64,000 nucleotides of DNA from Macrostomum lignano (taxonomy: Eukaryota), in NCBI GenBank assembly GCA_002269645.1, contig NIVC01000104.1, positions 1 to 64,000 on the forward strand, read 5' to 3'. Position 1 is the first letter of the stretch, and each line of letters starts with the position of its first letter. Position numbers and translations under genes: made by a program. This document shows positions 34,070 to 48,300 of this stretch, piece by piece. The notes beneath the pieces were generated by a model. The model saw only the letters and a list, made by a program, of their open reading frames with translations, did no database searches and was not told the DNA's origin.

Positions 34070-37000
34070 ATGAGACTGTATCTATGGATTCTGCTAATCT
34101 GTTTCTATGGAAACAGAAGCGCCCAACAGCAGGACGATCGACCGGAGGTGCCCGTGTTAATACTGGGCACCACGTCTGATCCATTTGTTAACGACATCTA
34201 CTTTCTTAACTACTCGGTCAACTATGTGAACGAACGCGTGGATCTGTTCCCCGAGATGCGCCTGAGAGCGGAGTTCCGACTGGCCGATGGGGTGAGATTG
34301 CGTCCTAATCTTGCACATGTCTCATCCCAGATAAGCAATCTCTGTTAATATAGGAGCTAGTTTGACTGGAGGGGGGGGACACTCGAATCGCAGCCAGAGT
34401 TGAGGCAAGCTGACCCCTGAGCCATGGACAACTGTAGTAGAGGGACCTTTACTGTCGATCATCTTAGAAGTCGAGGAAGGCAAGGAATGTCATATTTGTC
34501 GGGTCGCCATTGCAATTTACTGCTGAGTTGCTGAGCTCGTATTACCTTTCAACAAGAACTCAAATCGGGTTTCTCTTCCGCATTGCAGCAGAAGAGTGGC
34601 AGCGCCAGCAAAGAGTTCATCGACGGTTACCTATTCGGCAGCGGCAAGCCGCTATTGATTGGCGCCACCTATTCGCATCAGTCCCAGGTGGTGGCTGAGC
34701 TGGCTCAATACTACTACCTGCCTCAGGTGGATATTTGAGACCTTAACCCGTCCTTATCTAAAAAGCTATCTTTTGCGTCTCTATACCGTTATCGCAATCG
34801 ATTGGAGGCTCCTCCGTTAATTAACATATTTATGAGACTCAGTCAACTGTTCGCACACCCAGTTTGAGACTTTTCTGTTAGCGTTCTCAGTTAATTCATC
34901 CAGTTCAAGGCTCTTTTGATATCACATCCAGTTTGAGATGATAAAGAAAGAGCCTCAAACTGGGTGTGATAACAGAAGAGCATCAAACTGGGTGTGATAA
35001 CAGAAGAGCCTCAAACTGGGTTTGATAACAGAGGAGCCTCAAACTGGGTGTGATAACAGAAGAGCATCAAACTGGGTGTGATAACAGAAGAGCCTCAAAC
35101 TGGGTGTGATAACAGAGGAGCCTCAAAATGGGTGTGATAACAGAGGAGCCTCAAACTGGGTGTGATAACAGAAGAGCCTCAAACTGGGTGTGATAACAGA
35201 GGAGCCTCAAACTGGGTGTGATAACAGAAGAGCCTCAAACTGGGTGTGATAACAGAGGAGCCTCAAACTGGGTGTGATAACAGAAGAGCCTCAAACTGGG
35301 TGTGATAACAGAAGAGCCTCAAACTGGGTGTGATAACAGAAGAGCATCAAACTGGGTTTGATAACAGAGGAGCCTCAAACTGGGTGTGATAACAGAAGAG
35401 CATCAAACTGGGTGTGATAACAGAAGAGCCTCAAACTGGGTGTGATAACAGAAGAGCCTCAAACTGGGTGTGATAACAGAAGAGCATCAAACTGTGTGTG
35501 ATAACAGAAGAGCCTCAAACTGGGTGTGATAACAGAAGAGCATCAAACTGGGTGTGATAACAGAGGAGCCTCAAACTGGGTGTGATAACAGAAGAGCCTC
35601 AAACTGGGTGTGATAACAGAGGAGCCTCAAACTGGGTTTGATAACAGAGGAGCCTCAAACTGTGTGTGATAACAGAGGAGCCTCAAACTGTGTGTGATAA
35701 CAGAGGAGCCTCAAACTGTGTGTGATAACTTATGAGCCTTAAATTGGATATGATAACAGAAGAGCCTCAAACTGTGTGTGATAACAGAGGAGCCTCAAAC
35801 TGTGTGTGATAACTTATGAGCCTTAAATTGGATATGATAACAGAAGAGCCTCAAACTGGGTGTGATAACAGAAGAGCCTCAAACTGTGTGCGATAACTTA
35901 TGAGCCTTAAATTGGATTTGATAACAGAAGAGCATCAAAAAAATGTGATAACAGAAGAGCCTCAAACTTGTGTGATAACAGAAGAGCCTCAAACTGGGTT
36001 AATTAACAAAATAGCCTCCAACTCTGTGTGATAACTCAGGAGCCTCCAACTGGGTGTGATAACCCAGGAGCCTCAAACTGGTTGAACTAACAGAGGAGCC
36101 TCAAACTGGATGTGTGAAATTGCACATATTTCAGATTGGCTATTCTAACACGTCCCCAGTGCTGAGCGACAAGAGCACCTATCCATTCTTCATCCGTTTG
36201 GCCATCACAAACAGCATCTTCATTCCTACGGTTATGCAGTTGTTGAAGAAATTTAATTGGAAAAAAATCGGATTAATTACGACTGATTCCCCAACGTTTT
36301 ATCCTGTAAGTGAAAACTCATTTTCCTTTTCTTGACTGTAAATAAGTGATGAGATCACGTTTCACCGGCGTGGAAAGGTAATCTGTCGTAGATTTTGAAT
36401 TTGGAATGTATCTAATCAGTTTAATAATGAATAGACGTATCGCAACAGCGAAATTGATTGCAGCTGGCTGATAACGTTGAGTAATAGAAAATGTTGCATG
36501 ACGAAAAATCTAATTAATCGACAGTAACCTCTTTTACCATCCAGCAGTCGGTAAAGGGAAGATGGGCAGGGACAGATTGATTCTGAATTCACGGACACTG
36601 GTGACAAAGAAGAGGGAGAGGGAGTTGAAGGGTGGGGAGAGAGAGGGGCAGGGAGAGGGCCCGGGAGAGAGGCAGGGAGAGGGCCCGGGAGAGGGGCAGG
36701 GAGAGGGGCAGGGAGAGGGCCCGGGAGAGAGGCAGGGAGAGGGCCCGGGAGAGGGGCAGGGAGAGGGGCAGGGAGAGGGCCCGGAGAGGGGCAGGGAGAG
36801 GGCCCGGGAGAGGGCAGGGAGAGGGGCAGGGAGAGGGGCAGGGAGAGGGGCAGGGAGAGGGGCAGGGAGAGGGGCAGGGAGAGGGGCAGGGAAAGGGGCA
36901 AGGAAAGGGGCAAGGAAAGGGGCAAGGAAAGGGGCAAGGAAAGGGGCAAGGAAAGGGGCAGGGAGAGGGGCAGGGAGAGGGGCAAGGAGAGGGGCAGGGA

Positions 37001-40000
37001 GAGGGGCAGGGAGAGGGGCAGGGAGAGGGGCAGGGAGAGGGGCAGGGAGAGGGGCAGGGAGAGGGGCAGGGAGAGGGGCAGGGAGAGGGGCAGGGAGAGG
37101 GGCAGGGAGAGGGGCAGGGAGAGGGGCAGGGAGAGGGGCAGGGAGAGGGGCAGGGAGAGGGGCAGGGAGAGGGGCAGGGAGAGGGCAGGGAGAGGGGCAG
37201 GGAGAGGGCCCGGGAGAGGGCCCGGGAGAGGGGCAGGGAGAGGGGCAGAGAGAGGGCCAGGGAGAGGGCCAGGGAGAGGGGCAGGGAGAGGGGCAGGGAG
37301 AGGGGCAAGGAGAGGGGCAGGGAGAGGGGCAGGGAGAGGGGCAGGGAGAGGGGCAGGGAGAGGGGCAGGGAGAGGGGCAGGGAGAGGGGCAGGGAGAGGG
37401 CCAGGGAGAGTGACTTAACAAGCTTTCCAAAACCACCTCAGATCGCACTGGAGCTAGAAGCTGCTTTCCTAGCCCAGAACATGACGTCTTACCAGAAGAC
37501 GATTTTCAATTTGGATGCAACAAATGCGATTAGTCGACTATTGGTAATTTACTAAAGTCTTATGCCTTATAATCTGTGTCGAATTATATTGTTAACCGAG
37601 ATTTATCGCACATGTTTTAATTTTTAATTCAAGATGAACGACATTCGAATATTCGTTGTGGTTAGAAGCATAGGTGAGGAGGCACCCGACAAAAGATTCG
37701 ACTGTCTGGTGAGTAACGGGTGAAGATGGGTTATGGCAGGGGTCGGCGAACTGCGGCCCGCAAAGCCTCTCTATCCGGACCTCGGGTCCTTTGAGACTTC
37801 ACAATAGCAATCCGGCCCGTTCAATGTTTATCTCTCTCCTCTCCTCTCCTCTCCTCTCCTCTCCTCTGTCTCGTCTCGTCTCGTCTCGTCTCGTCTCCTC
37901 TCCTCTCCTCTCCTCTCCTCTCGTCTCCTCTCCTCTCCTCTCCTCTCCTCTCGTCTCCTCTCTTATCCTCTCCTCTCCTCTCCTCTCCTCTCCTCTCGTC
38001 TCCTCTCCTCTCCTCTCCTCTCCTCTCCTCTCCTCTCCTCTCCTCTCCTCTCCTCTCCTCTCCTCTCCTCTCCTCTCCTCTCGTCTCCTCTCCTCTCCTC
38101 TCCTCTCCTCTCCTCTCCTCTCGTCTCCTCTCCTCTCGTCTCCTCTCCTCTCGTCTCCTCTCCTCTCCTCTCCTCTCGTCTCCTCTCTTATCCTCTCCTC
38201 TCCTCTCCTCTCTCTCCTCTCCTCTCCTCTCATCTCCTCTCCTCTCCTCTCCTCTTCTCTCCTCTCCTCTCCTCTCCTCTCGTCTCGTCTCGTCTCCTCT
38301 CCTCTCCTCTCCTCTCCTCTCGCCTCCTCTCCTCTCCTCTCCTCTCCTCTCCTCTCCTCTCCTCTCCTCTCGTCTCGTCTCGTCTCCTCTCCTCTCCTCT
38401 CCTCTCCTCTCGCCTCCTCTCCTCTCCTCTCCTCTCCTCTCCTCTCCTCTCCTCTCCTCTCCTCTCCTCTCGTCTCGTCTCCTCTCCTCTCCTCTTCTAT
38501 TCATTTAATGTTATCTTGCCAGTTTCCATTTTTGAGCGCTTCATTTCAGATCAAGCAGCTGGGCGCCTACGGTCCCAAGTACCAGTGGATCCAAGTTGGA
38601 TTCCCATTCACAACGCGACTGAGACCTGTTGAAGCCTGCTCAGACGGTGAACGCGCGATTGCGATGGAGGGATCGCTGGAATTTGACAGCGATGTCAACG
38701 ACCCTGCTGTAGTTCATCAACCGGACATCACTGGGAGGGTTAGTAGTTTCAATAATTAGAACTGTTAAAAGTACAAGCAAATTGGGTATTAAATTAGCCT
38801 GGTATCTTGGAGGACGTCCTGCTCTTTGTGCCGGACGTTGCGAGTTTGTGCCGAAGAGATGCCAGACAAGGACGAAACTTCCGCGATGTCAGCGGTCTGG
38901 ACGTTCGAGACGCTGTGGCGTCTTCGACAATTTTACATCAACTTTGTTGAAAACACCGTACGAACCCAAAGACCTTTAAGATCCCCTAAGACCCTCAAGA
39001 TCCCCCAAGACCCACAAGATCACATAAGACCCTCAAGATCCCCTAAGACCCTCAAGATCCCCTAAGACCCTCAAGATCCCCTAAGACCCTCAAGATCCCC
39101 TAAGACCCTCAAGATCCCCTAAGACCCTCAAGATCCCCCAAGACCCTCAAGATCCCTTAAGACCCTCAAGATCCCCCAAGACCCTCAAGATCCCCTAAGA
39201 CCCTCAAGATCCCCTAAGACCCTCAAGATCCCCTAAGACCCTCAAGATCCCCTAAGACCCTCAAGATCCCCTAAGACCCACAAGATCCTCTAAGACCCTC
39301 AAGATCCCCTAAGACCCTCAAGATCCCCCAAGACCCACAAGATCACATAAGACCCTCAAGATCCCCTAAGACCCTCAAGATCCCCTAAGACCCTCAAGAT
39401 CCCCCAAGACCCTCAAAATCATGCACCTAAGACCCTCAAGATCCCCTAAGATGCTTAAGATCCCATAGACAATTACGAACGCTCTAGAACTCGTAGAACC
39501 CCTAAATCACATGTAATAATCTAACCTCATTGACCTTAACTAGAACTACCTGACCTCACTGATCCCCCCATCGAACCAGACCCTAGACGAGAGCTTCTCG
39601 GATTTTCTAGCCCAGTACAAGGACGTCGCGGTGAACCCTCGGCCGACAAGCATCGTAGGCTTTGCTCTGCGCTTCGACGCTGTGATGACGGCGGCTTTGG
39701 CCATCAATGCCACGCTATTGGAATCCGAAGGGAACTACACCGATCAGCTGTCCAATCAGCAGTTGGGCAACACGTCGTTTAAATGGCGTCTGTTTAAAAA
39801 CATTCTTGCCTTGGACTATCCGGGACTTTCGGTTAGTAACTTATAGGTATGCTTGTAGCACACTTAATCGTAAAATATTGCAAGCAATAAAACAAGTTAA
39901 TTTTCAATTGCAACCACTAAGGGTCAGGTCAAGTTTGACTCCAGAGGCGACAGGTCATCCCGAATTTATATCTACCAAATTCGTGGTAAGTATCTATTTG

Positions 40001-43000
40001 AAAATCGAAATTTTTGTGCAATTATCTAAACAAAGTTTTCGGAACAAAGTGCTTTGGACTTGTTTAAATTCGTAAAAAAACCCGGCGTTTTTAATTAGTG
40101 ACTCAACGACATAATTACATGTTGAAATTACAGATCTAAAAAGAGTTCTCCTAGGCACGCTCGATTCGGAATCTGGAGAGATTAACTGGCTGAAAAAACC
40201 GTGGTTTGCGGGTAAGGGTGAAACTTTTAAATTTCACTTTTTGACGAAAAATAGCTACCTACGCGCTCGTAATTAGGAAACAACAGTTTTTGCTTAATTT
40301 AGCAATCTCCCTTTAATTATGTCAGCGTAAAGAACTTCAACTTTTATTATGTACCATCACAACACAGGACAATCCCTCTGCACAAACCCCACTCCCAGCA
40401 CCAACCCCAATCCCAGCACCAACCCCACTCCCAGCACCAACCTAACTCCCAGCACCAACCCCACTCCACGCACCAACCCACTCCAGACACCAACCCCACT
40501 CCCAGCACCAACCCCACTCCCAGCACCAATCCCACTCCCAGCACCAACCCAACTCCCAGCACCAACCCCACTCCAGACACCAACCCCACTCCACGCACCA
40601 ACCCCACTCCACGCACCAACCCACTCCAGACACCAACCCCACTCCAGGCACCAACCCCACTCCCAGCACCAACCCAACTCCCAGCACCAACCCAACTCCC
40701 AGCGCCAACCCCACTCCCAGCACCAACCCAACTCCCAGCACCAACCCAACTCCCAGCACCAACCCAACTCCCAGCGCCAACCCCACTCCCAGCACCAACC
40801 CACTCCAGACACCAACCCCACTCCAATCACCCATACAAGCACATTTCAGTTCTATCCAGCCATTACATGCATTTAACCGCGAACTCTCTATGCCTGTACG
40901 CTCTTTCCCCTGCAGGCGGTGCCGTTCCCGTCGACTCGCCCCGGGTGGTCAGACAGTCGGCCAGTATCGGCACCGCTGGCGCTAGCGTCACCATCTGCCT
41001 CTCAGCCTGCGGCATCGGCCTCACCCTGGCAGCCGTGGTGTTCAATCTGTGCTACCGACAAGAATCGATAATCCGTTTGAGCAGCCCCTACGTAAACTCG
41101 GTTATCGGGCTGGGCTGCGGCCTCTGCTATGCAGCCTGTCTAGCAATGACCTTGAACGCTGGCCCATTGGGCTCCACTCGGTTAAGTCTGTGCTGGACTC
41201 AGCTGGTCTGCTTAATCGCTGGTTACTCGTGCGCCTTTGGCGGCATGCTAGCTAAAACCTGGCGTGTGTACAAGATTTTCACTAACAAGCAGCTGAGGAA
41301 ACTGGTACGTTATTGGGACTCGAGGGTGGGGGCTGGCTGAAGGGTTAGCATGGAAAACAAATTTACACGTTAGCTAAGATAATTCCCCTAGATACTACAT
41401 GTTAGATCCTAGATACTACATGTTAGATCCTAGATACCACATGTTAGATCCTAGATACGACATGTTAGATCCTAGATACGACATGTTAGATCCTAGATAC
41501 CACATGTTAGATCCTAGATACTACATGTTAGATCCTAGATACCACATGTTAGATCCTAGATACTACATGTTCGATCCTAGATACCACATGTTAGATCCTA
41601 GATACCACATGTTAGATCCTAGATACTACATGTTAGATCCTTGATACCACATGTTAGATCCTAGATACCACATGTTAGATCCTAGATACTACATGTTAGA
41701 TCCTTGATACCACATGTTAGATCCGAGATACCACATGTTAGATCCTTGATACCACATGTTAGATCCTTGATACCACATGTTAGATCCTAGATACCACATG
41801 TTAGATCCTAGATACCACATGTTAGATCCTTGATACCACATGTTAGATCCTAGATACCACATGTTAGATCCTAGATACTACATTTTAGATCCTAGATACC
41901 ACGTGTTAGATCCTTGATACCACATAGATCCTAAATACCATATGTTAGATCCTTGATACCACTTGTTAGATCCTAAATACCACATGTTAGATCCTTGATA
42001 CCACATAGATCCTAAATACCATATGTTAGATCCTTGATACCACATGTTAGATCCTTGATACCACATGTTAGATCCTTGATACCACATGTTAGATCCTAGA
42101 TACCACATGTTAGATCCTAGATACCACATGTTAGATCCTAGATACTACATTTTAGATCCTAGATACCACATGTTAGATCCTAGATACCACATGTTAGATC
42201 CTAGATACTACATTTTAGATCCTAGATACCACGTGTTAGATCCTTGATACCACATAGATCCTAAATACCATATGTTAGATCCTTGATACCACATGTTAGA
42301 TCCTAAATACCACATGTTAGATCCTTGATACCACATAGATCCTAAATACCATATGTTAGATCCTTGATACCACATGTTAGATCCTTGATACCACATGTTA
42401 GATCCTTGATACCACATGTTAGATCCTAGATACTACATGTTAGATCCTAGATACCACATGTTAGATCCTAGATACTACATGTTCGGTCCTAGATACCACA
42501 TGTTAGATCCTAGATACCACATGTTAGATCCTAGATACTACATGTTAGATCCTTGATACCACATGTTAGATCCTTGATACCACATGTTAGATCCTTGATA
42601 CCACATGTTAGATCCTAGATACCACATGTTAGATCCTAGATACCACATGTTAGATCCTTGATACCACATGTTAGATCCTAGATACCACATGTTAGATCCT
42701 AGATACTACATTTTAGATCCTAGATACCACGTGTTAGATCCTTGATACCACATAGATCCTAAATACCATATGTTAGATCCTTGATACCACATGTTAGATC
42801 CTAAATACCACATGTTAGATCCTTGATACCACATAGATCCTAAATACCATATGTTAGATCCTTGATACCACATGTTAGATCCTTGATACCACATGTTAGA
42901 TCCTTGATACCACATGTTAGATCCTAGATACCACATGTTAGATCCTAGATACCACATGTTAGATCCTAGATACTACATTTTAGATCCTATATACCACATG

Positions 43001-45283
43001 TTAGATCCTAGATACCACATGTTAGATCCTATATACCACATTTTAGATCCTAGATACTGCATGTTAGATCCTAGATACCACATGTTAGATCATAGATACC
43101 ATATGTTAGATCCTTGATACCACACGTTAGATCCATATAGATCCACATGTGTAGATACCACATTTACAACTTTGGCTTGGACTTATAAAATGAAAATAAA
43201 ATGAAAATAAACTGAAAATGAAACTCTCACTACACAACCATAAATCAGATAAGATACAACAGGGTAAACAGGTTGTGCAAGCAAAGTTAAAGCAATGGTA
43301 ATCTTCACTGCCCCAGATCAAATTCAATTATTGATTTTTACTTTCTCCGCAGTGTATTTTTTTCTAGGAAATTGGCCTTCAAAAAAAGTACACGATCTTT
43401 GAGTTCTAAGCGATCCTTTTACGCTATAGTGGTCCTTGGATTTTTTGTCATACACTTACTGGTAGAAATTATTTTAATTTGCTTGTTAAGTTTTTTATTG
43501 ACTCATTTGTGCATTAGAGCCTCGATGTAACTGCATTTTGTGCCTTTCTTCTACATTGATCTAATCCTCACAACTGGTACTAAGCCGCACTAAAGTTCTC
43601 CCTCTAATCCTTTAATTTCCCGAAAATCCCTAAAAGTTTTACTAATGCCCTAACGGGTCTATGAGAATTTCCCGCAGGAATTTTTCCCGCCGAGCTTTCC
43701 CCGCAGCGAGTTTTTCCCGCAGCGAGTCTCATCTCCTCTCCTCTCCTCTCCTCTCCTCTCCTCTCCTCTCCTCTCCTCTCCTCTCCTCTCCTCTCCTCTC
43801 CTCTCCTCTCCTCTCCTCTCCTCTCCTCTCCTCTCCTCTCCTCTCCTCTCTCCTCTCCTCTCCTCTCCTCTCCTCTCCTCTCCTCTCCTCTCCTCTCCTC
43901 TCCTCTCCTCTCCTCTCGTCTCCTCTCCTCTCCTCTCGTCTCCTCTCCTCTCCTCTCCTCTACTCTCCTCTCCTCTCGTCTCCTCTCCTCTCCTCTCCTC
44001 TCCTCTCCTCTCCTCTCCTCTCGTCTCCTCTCCTCTCCTCTCCTCTCCTCTCCTCTCCTCTCCTCTCCTCTCCTCTCCTCTCCTCTCCTCTCCTCTCCTC
44101 TCGTCTCCTCTCCTCTCCTCTCGTCTCCTCTCCTCTCCTCTCCTCTCCTCTCCTCTCCTCTCCTCTCCTCTCCTCTCCTCTCCTCTCCTCTCCTCTCCTC
44201 TCCTCTCCTCTCCTCTCCTCTCGTCTCCTCTCCTCTCCTCTCCTCTCCTCTCCTCTCCTCTCCTCTCCTCTCGTCTCGTCTCCTCTCCTCTCGTCTCCTC
44301 TCCTCTCCTCTCGTCTCCTCTCCTCTCCTCTCCTCTCCTCTCCTCTCGTCTCCTCTCCTCTCCTCTCCTCTCCTCTCCTCTCCTCTCCTCTCCTCTCGTC
44401 TCCTCTCCTCTCCTCTCCTCTCCTCTCCTCTCCTCTCGTCTCCTCTCCTCTCCTCTCCTCTCCTCTCCTCTCCTCTCCTCTCCTCTCCTCTCCTCTCCTC
44501 TCCTCTCGTCTCCTCTCCTCTCCTCTCCTCTCCTCTCCTCTCCTCTCCTCTCCTCTCCTCTCCTCTCCTCTCCTCTCCTCTCCTCTCGTCTCCTCTCCTC
44601 TCCTCTCCTCTCCTCTCCTCTCCTCTCCTCTCCTCTCCTCTCCTCTCCTCTACTCTCCTCTCCTCTCCTCTCGTCTCCTCTCCTCTCCTCTCGTCTCCTC
44701 TCCTCTCCTCTCCTCTCCTCTCCTCTCCTCTCGTCTCCTCTCCTCTCCTCTCCTCTCCTCTCCTCTCCTCTCCTCTCCTCTCGTCTCCTCTCCTCTCCTC
44801 TCCTCTCCTCTCCTCTCGTCTCCTCTCCTCTCCTCTCCTCTCCTCTCCTCTCCTCTCCTCTCCTCTCCTCTCCTCTCCTCTCCTCTCGTCTCCTCTCCTC
44901 TCCTCTCCTCTCCTCTCCTCTCCTCTCCTCTCCTCTCCTCTCCTCTCCTCTCCTCTCCTCTTCTCTCGTCTCGTCTCAAATCGTCGACGAAAATTTGCCG
45001 CACGAGATTTTCCCGCACGAGATTCTCCCGCAGCGAGTTTTTACCGCAGCGAGAGTTTCCCGCAGGAAAGTTCCCCGTCGAGATTTTCCTGCCGAGCTTT
45101 TACCGCCGAGATTTTCCCGCACGAATTTTCCCCGCACAGACTTTTTCCAGCAGAAAGATTTTCCCGCAAGAAATTTCTCGTGATTGCCTGTTTACCTTAA
45201 GAAAGAAATTTTAAAAAGGAAAGCCATTAGCAGAGACGCGATTTTCTTTGATAAATTCGACACAGGCAGCCAGCCAGGCAGGC

Positions 45284-45324
<41 letters not shown>

Positions 45325-48300
45325 GGTAGGAAGGTAGGAAGGTAAACAGGCAATCACGAGAAATTTCCTGCGGGAAACTCTCGCTGCGGTAAAAACTCGC
45401 TGCGGGAGAATCTCGTGCGGGAAAATCTCGTGCGGGAAAATCTCGTGCGGGAAAAATTCCTGCGGGAAATTCTCGTGCTCCCGCCCTAACTTTATTCCAC
45501 GCCCAACTTCCTTAATTACTTACTAGCTGGGTATGGGTTGTCATCGGTACGATTTACCCTTGGTAGCTCCAGTGCAGGAGCGGAAAGACCGTATTAAAGA
45601 TTTGTACAAAGTTACGGTTAACCAAGATAGAAGGTTAAGCTTAGAAGCCAGGTTGAAGCTTTTTCGTGCTTCTTGCGTTCTATTTATGTTCTCCCATTGA
45701 CTTGCACTTATCAGTAAAACAAACTAATGCACTAAAACAAATTATTCTAAACAAATTTTTTGTAGCATTTTTTGGCGTGAATTTGGCCATAATGGCCACA
45801 TATGGTTTCACAAACAAAAGTATAGTTTTCTAGGATTTCTAAATTCGCCTTCATGAATATTGTTCGATTCGATTGCCGTGTAATTTCTGCGGACAATGCC
45901 GCTTTGAACCACCTCGGCATTCTCTATACTGACAGGCAATCAGAGACTGGCATCTGTTTGCGGTAATTCTGCTTATCCTGCTATTGGATGCTTTGGTTCT
46001 GATTATATTGGCCTTCGCCGATCCGTTGAAGCTGGTGGTTGACCAAATCAATAACCAGGTTCGAAGCACTTTTTTATCGTTTAAAACTGTCTCTGTAGGT
46101 CCTCCCACAGCACTGTTTGATTTCATACAATTTTAGGAAGCAATCGCTGATGGCACTGTGACAATCACAACTCTGTCGGTCTGTCGGTCGTCCAGCAATT
46201 GGCTCTGGAAAGGAATCCTAGTTGGCATGAAAAGTAAAGGGATTTTACATGCCCGAGTACTGTTCTTAACCATTTTTTCGAGTACTGTTTTAGTAACTAA
46301 TCCAAGCTATTTAGTCTAATCTAATCTAATCTTAGTCTAATCTTTTTTCAATCTAATCTATCTAATCTAATCTAGTCTAATTCAACTAATCTAATCTAAT
46401 CTAATCTAATCTGATGTAATCTAATCTATTCTAATCTGCTCTGATCCAATCTAATCTATCTAACCTATCTAATCTAATCTATTCTAACTGATCTTGTAGA
46501 AGTCTTTGTTGGTTATTGAATGAGAGCAAGGCGGTGGTTCATTTGGTAGTTTATCAACGGAAACCAGATCGAAGAGAAAACAAGGGGAAGGTGATTCGGG
46601 TCACTGCCGTCCGCCGTATATTTATAGATTTGAAACTGCCTTCCGGAAATTTCTAGAAAGATTGAGCGCATCTTAACAAAGCGATTAAACACTTAATTAT
46701 ATACGTTACGCAAATACGAGTAAAATATTAACAGTTAAGTAATAAATAATTATTTACTATTTATATGCGTATGTTATAGATAAGATGCTAACTTGAAGAA
46801 GTTTCTGGAAATATAAATCTTTTTGACTTTAGAAATCTAACGAAATTTCGAGAAAGTTATTAAAGTACGCTACAATCTAATCTAACCTAATATACCTGAT
46901 ATAATCTAATCTATTCTAACTGATCTAATCTAACCTAATATATCTGATCTAATCTAATCTAATCTGATCTGATGTAATCTAATTCAACTAATCTAATCTA
47001 ATCTGATCTGATCTGATCTAATCTAGTCTAATCTAATCTTATCTAATCTAACCTAATCAGATCTAATCTAATCTAATCTGATCTGATCTAATCTTATCTA
47101 ATCTAACCTAATCAGATCTAATCTAATCTAATCTAATCTGATCGGATCTAATCTAATCTAGTCTAATCTAATCTTATCTAGTCTAATCTAACCTACTCTG
47201 ATCTGATCTAATCTAATCTAATCTGATCGGATCTAATCTAATCTTAGTCTAATCTAATCTTATCTAGTCTAATCTAACCTAATCTAATCTAATCTAATCT
47301 AATCTGATCGGATCTAATCTAATCTAGTCTAATCTAATCTTCTCTAATCTAATCTAACCTAATCTGATCTGATCTAATCTAATCTGATCTAATCTACTTT
47401 AATGAACAAGACTTAAAAGAGCAGAACTTAACTTTTGCATCAACCTGACTGACCACTCCAACAACATTTGTCAATTGGCAGCTGTATTTCTTCTATTTGG
47501 AATATTTTTTGCATGGGAGACCCGTACGGTGCACGTGGAGGCGCTCAACGATTCGAAAACAATTGGCATCTGCGTTTACAATACGACTGTGATGGGCCTG
47601 ATTGGAGTGGTGCTGGACTTCGCTCTGCCAGTTGGTTCGATCGACTTGCGTCATCAGCTGCTCAGCTGCTGCATCATCGTGTGCGCTACAACCACAGTGC
47701 TGCTGGTCTTCGCTCCTAAGGTCTTTGTTTTTATGACATCGTTCTGCATTAATGATAATAACGATAATTTATTACACCTTAGGAGGTTGTAGCCTAGTTG
47801 TTAGAGGTGGTTGTAGCTTAGTGGTTAAAGGGGGTTGTAGTCTATTGGTTAGAGCTGGGGGTTGCATCCTATTGGTTAGAGCTGGGGGTTGCATCCTATT
47901 GGTTAGAGCTGGGGGTTGCATCCTATTGGTTAGAGCTGGGGGTTGCATCCTATTGGTTAGAGCTGGGGGTTGCATCCTATTGGTTAGAGCTGGGGGTTGC
48001 ATCCTATTGGTTAGAGCTGGGGGTTGCATCCTATTGGTTAGAGCTGGGGGTTGCATCCTATTGGTTAGAGCTGGGGGTTGCATCCTATTGGTTAGAGCTG
48101 GGGGTTGCATCCTATTGGTTAGAGCTGGGGGTTGCATCCTATTGGTTAGAGCTGGGGGTTGCATCCTATTGGTTAGAGCTGGGGGTTGCATCCTATTGGT
48201 TAGAGCTGGGGGTTGCATCCTATTGGTTAGAGCTGGGGGTTGCATCCTATTGGTTAGAGCTGGGGGTTGCATCCTATTGGTTAGAGCTGGGGGTTGCATC

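Noticed and set aside
36416-38759. Collagen-, extensin- or RE-repeat-like ORFs (GQGE, PAPL, RRGEE)
   Set aside because: They lie in introns of the phase-consistent GPCR model and derive from 12-bp and 5-bp repeats.
38782-38979. Cys/Arg-rich ORF vaguely like a piggyBac C-terminal Cys-rich domain
   Set aside because: Cys spacing does not match properly, and there is no TTAA/TIR or catalytic domain nearby.
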